Shown here piece by piece: positions 61,890-64,000 of a stretch of 64,000 nucleotides of DNA. The stretch is taken from NCBI GenBank assembly GCA_963823545.1, contig CAWGMC010000027.1, positions 32,738 to 96,737 of the forward strand. The letters run 5' to 3'. Each line of letters starts with the position of its first letter. Positions within the stretch are counted from its first letter, which is position 1. The translations under genes were made by a program, and so were the position numbers. Under the pieces are notes generated by a model. It saw only the letters and a list, made by a program, of their open reading frames with translations, was not told where the DNA came from and ran no database searches. Origin of the DNA: an uncultured Chloroflexia bacterium (lineage in GTDB: Bacteria; Chloroflexota; Anaerolineae; Anaerolineales; Villigracilaceae).

Positions 61890-63224
61890 TTACGGGGTGG
61901 TGTAATAGGTGCCGGTCGCCAGCAGGGACATGTCGTTCACCGACTGCGCGGCGAGCATCTGCGCCTGGCGCGCCAGGTTGGTGGAATCCGCCAGGATTCT
62001 TGAGCGTGTATTCGGGGTTATGGAAGCCCATCGAGTTCTCAGCGGAGACGAAGTCCCACATGAACTGCGCCTTGCGGTGCAGGTTGCGCGCCTGGTCGAG
62101 CAGGGCCTTGATCGGCCTCGGGATTGGCAGCCGCGGCTTTGATGGCGTTGATGGCGTCGATCAGGGCGTCCTCGGCGGCTTCCTTGGTAGTGAAGACCTG
62201 CTCCTGGATCGCAGTCACGCGCCCGACGACATATTCCACATCCGTATGGCACTGCCCGCAGGACTGCTCGGGGTTGATCAGCGGGCTGTGGACATCATGG
62301 CTGGAATACTTCGCCGCGCCGTCGCTGACGTAGGGCATGTGGCAGTCGGAGCAGGAGACGCCGGCATTGTAGTGCGTGGAGCCGGCGGTGAAGGATCTCG
62401 TATTCGGGGTGCTGGGCTTTGAGCATGGGCGTGCCGGTGTCGGGATATTCCCAGTCCTTGAAGCCATCCTCTTCGTAGTATTGGACGATCTGGTCGATGC
62501 GCGTGCCGTTCGCCCAGGGGAAGGTCAGGTACTTGTCCTCGCCTGCGAAGTAATATTCGACATGGCAGTTGGCGCAGACGACGGTGCGCATTTCCTGGCG
62601 GGTGAAGGTCGTCCAATCCTTGCCCTGTGCTTTGAGGGCCTCCTCCAGCGCGGGGTTGGTGACGATCAGGCGCATGGTGCCGGCTTCGTGGCAGTTGGCG
62701 CAGCCGATGGCGTTGTTGATGTTGGGGGTCATTTCATTGAAGGTCATGGCGTCGAAGGCTGCCATGCCCATGTCCGCCCACAGACCGGGGTTGTCGCTGC
62801 TTTGCAGGAGTAGCAGGTGGCGGGGGTGTGCTTGGGGTCCTCGTCGTTCAGGTTGAGGCGCTTGGTCTCGCGCACATCCTCCAGGGCATTCATGTGACCG
62901 CGGTCATCGTTGTATTCCTTGCTGAAGGCGTAACCCTGCGAACAGGATCACCTGGCGCGGGTCGCGCTCCAGCCACGAGAACTTGGAGGAGCCGCCGTAG
63001 GTGGTGTCCACGTTGTTGTATTCGGTCTGCTGCAGGGAGGTCCACTGGTTGGGGAAGTTGAGACCCCACTCGGACGAATCGGGTTCCATGGCGGCGATCT
63101 CGACGATGGGCTCGAAGGCGCGTTCCTGCGGAGGCTGGTTCTTCAGGTAGATCAGCACGCCCGCCAGGACGGCAGCCAGCACCACGATGATGCCGACCAG
63201 GATGATGGTGGAATATTTTTGCAT
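61890..63224 (-). CDS. nrfA: Ammonia-forming cytochrome c nitrite reductase c552 (several frameshifts)
   Basis: CYSCK plus CANCH twice, CSDCH and CGQCH; KAQHPEYE and ENSMGFHNP. Confidence 0.92.
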
Positions 63225-63245
63225 GGTCAATTCTCCTCTCGGGTT

Positions 63246-63740
63246 TTATTTAACGGGGTAGATGGTGGAATCCTGCAGGGGGGAGGTGGAGATCCCGCGC
63301 GGACCGTGGGCGACAAAACGGTGGCAGTCCCAGCAGTAGCGGTCGAAAGGCTGGGCGCCCATGGTGATGGATTCCACCACCTTCTCGTGGCAGCGCACGC
63401 AGTTGGTCTGGATGATCTCCTGCGAATGTTCGTTGGCGCGGATCAATTCGGGGGTCGTGCCGGTGGTGAAGACATATACATCATGCGCACCCTGGCGCCC
63501 CTTCTCGAAGTAATAGGCGACCACGTTCTCGTGCGGCAGGTGGCAGTCGGCGCATTCCGCCGCGTTCTTGTGGGCGGCATGATAATAGTTCTCGTACATG
63601 GGGTTCATGACGTGGCAGTTGTTGCAGGTCTCGGCATGGGTGCCTGCATAGGCGAGCGCATCCGTGGTCAGCAGGAAGACGCCCATGGCGATCGCAAAAG
63701 CCGCGCCGGCGATCAGGAGGGGGATCGGTATCTTTTTCAT
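63246..63740 (-). CDS. nrfH: Cytochrome c nitrite reductase small subunit
   Basis: TM helix plus four CxxCH motifs (CNNCHVM, CADCHLP, CVRCH, CWDCH). Confidence 0.93.
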   Translation of the reverse strand: MKKIPIPLLIAGAAFAIAMGVFLLTTDALAYAGTHAETCNNCHVMNPMYENYYHAAHKNAAECADCHLPHENVVAYYFEKGRQGAHDVYVFTTGTTPELIRANEHSQEIIQTNCVRCHEKVVESITMGAQPFDRYCWDCHRFVAHGPRGISTSPLQDSTIYPVK

Positions 63741-63804
63741 CTCACATCCTGAGTTTCTGATCTCTCTCATATGCGCTTAATATATCAAATCTTATCAGAA
63801 AAAA

Positions 63805-63823
63805 TTGTGACTTTAAGTCACAA
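63805..63823. promoter_or_regulatory. Crp/Fnr (HcpR-like) operator upstream of nrfH
   Basis: Inverted repeat TTGTGAC-TTTAA-GTCACAA. Confidence 0.65.
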
Positions 63824-64000
63824 CTTGAAAATCACTCTCCATTACGCCTTGTCATTGCAAAAGATCGAGCGATTTCCTCGATCAGATGGGATTCCGAAGC
63901 ATTCTTATACTGAGATATTGAGTTATTTCGGTCGATAGACGCGCCCGCGCCAGGTGACTCCCTGCCCCGACAGGACTTTCCATGCGGAGGTCAGCATGAT

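Overview
High-GC bacterial chromosome segment. It is almost certainly Chloroflexota (Anaerolineae-like), judged from 16S signatures such as ACACCTACGGGTGGCAGCAG and GGATTAGAGACCC and from gene content. It is mostly core genome: uvrA; a CIRCE-controlled hrcA-grpE-dnaK-dnaJ-prmA cluster; dnaX-ybaB-recR; a complete rrn operon (16S, tRNA-Ile, tRNA-Ala, 23S, 5S); rpsU-infA; nifJ (PFOR) with a DHOD-like gene; greA-lysS; priA; and nrfHA with a Crp/Fnr regulator. There are also signalling and envelope genes. About 20 genes are split by apparent single-base indels, probably long-read consensus errors. I found no CRISPR array, prophage, transposase or defence island, and no unambiguous new multi-gene system. 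The best leads are non-coding: (i) nested REP-like elements, with a small palindrome inserted at one fixed site of another REP; (ii) 7-8 nt tandem repeats that occur between genes and also in frame inside prmA and priA; (iii) a uORF- and terminator-containing leader plus a near-maximal Shine-Dalgarno for rpsU-infA, against a background of apparently leaderless genes; (iv) an identical 23-bp palindrome at two loci; (v) several candidate operators and ECF promoters. All protein family calls come from motif recognition, not from database searches.
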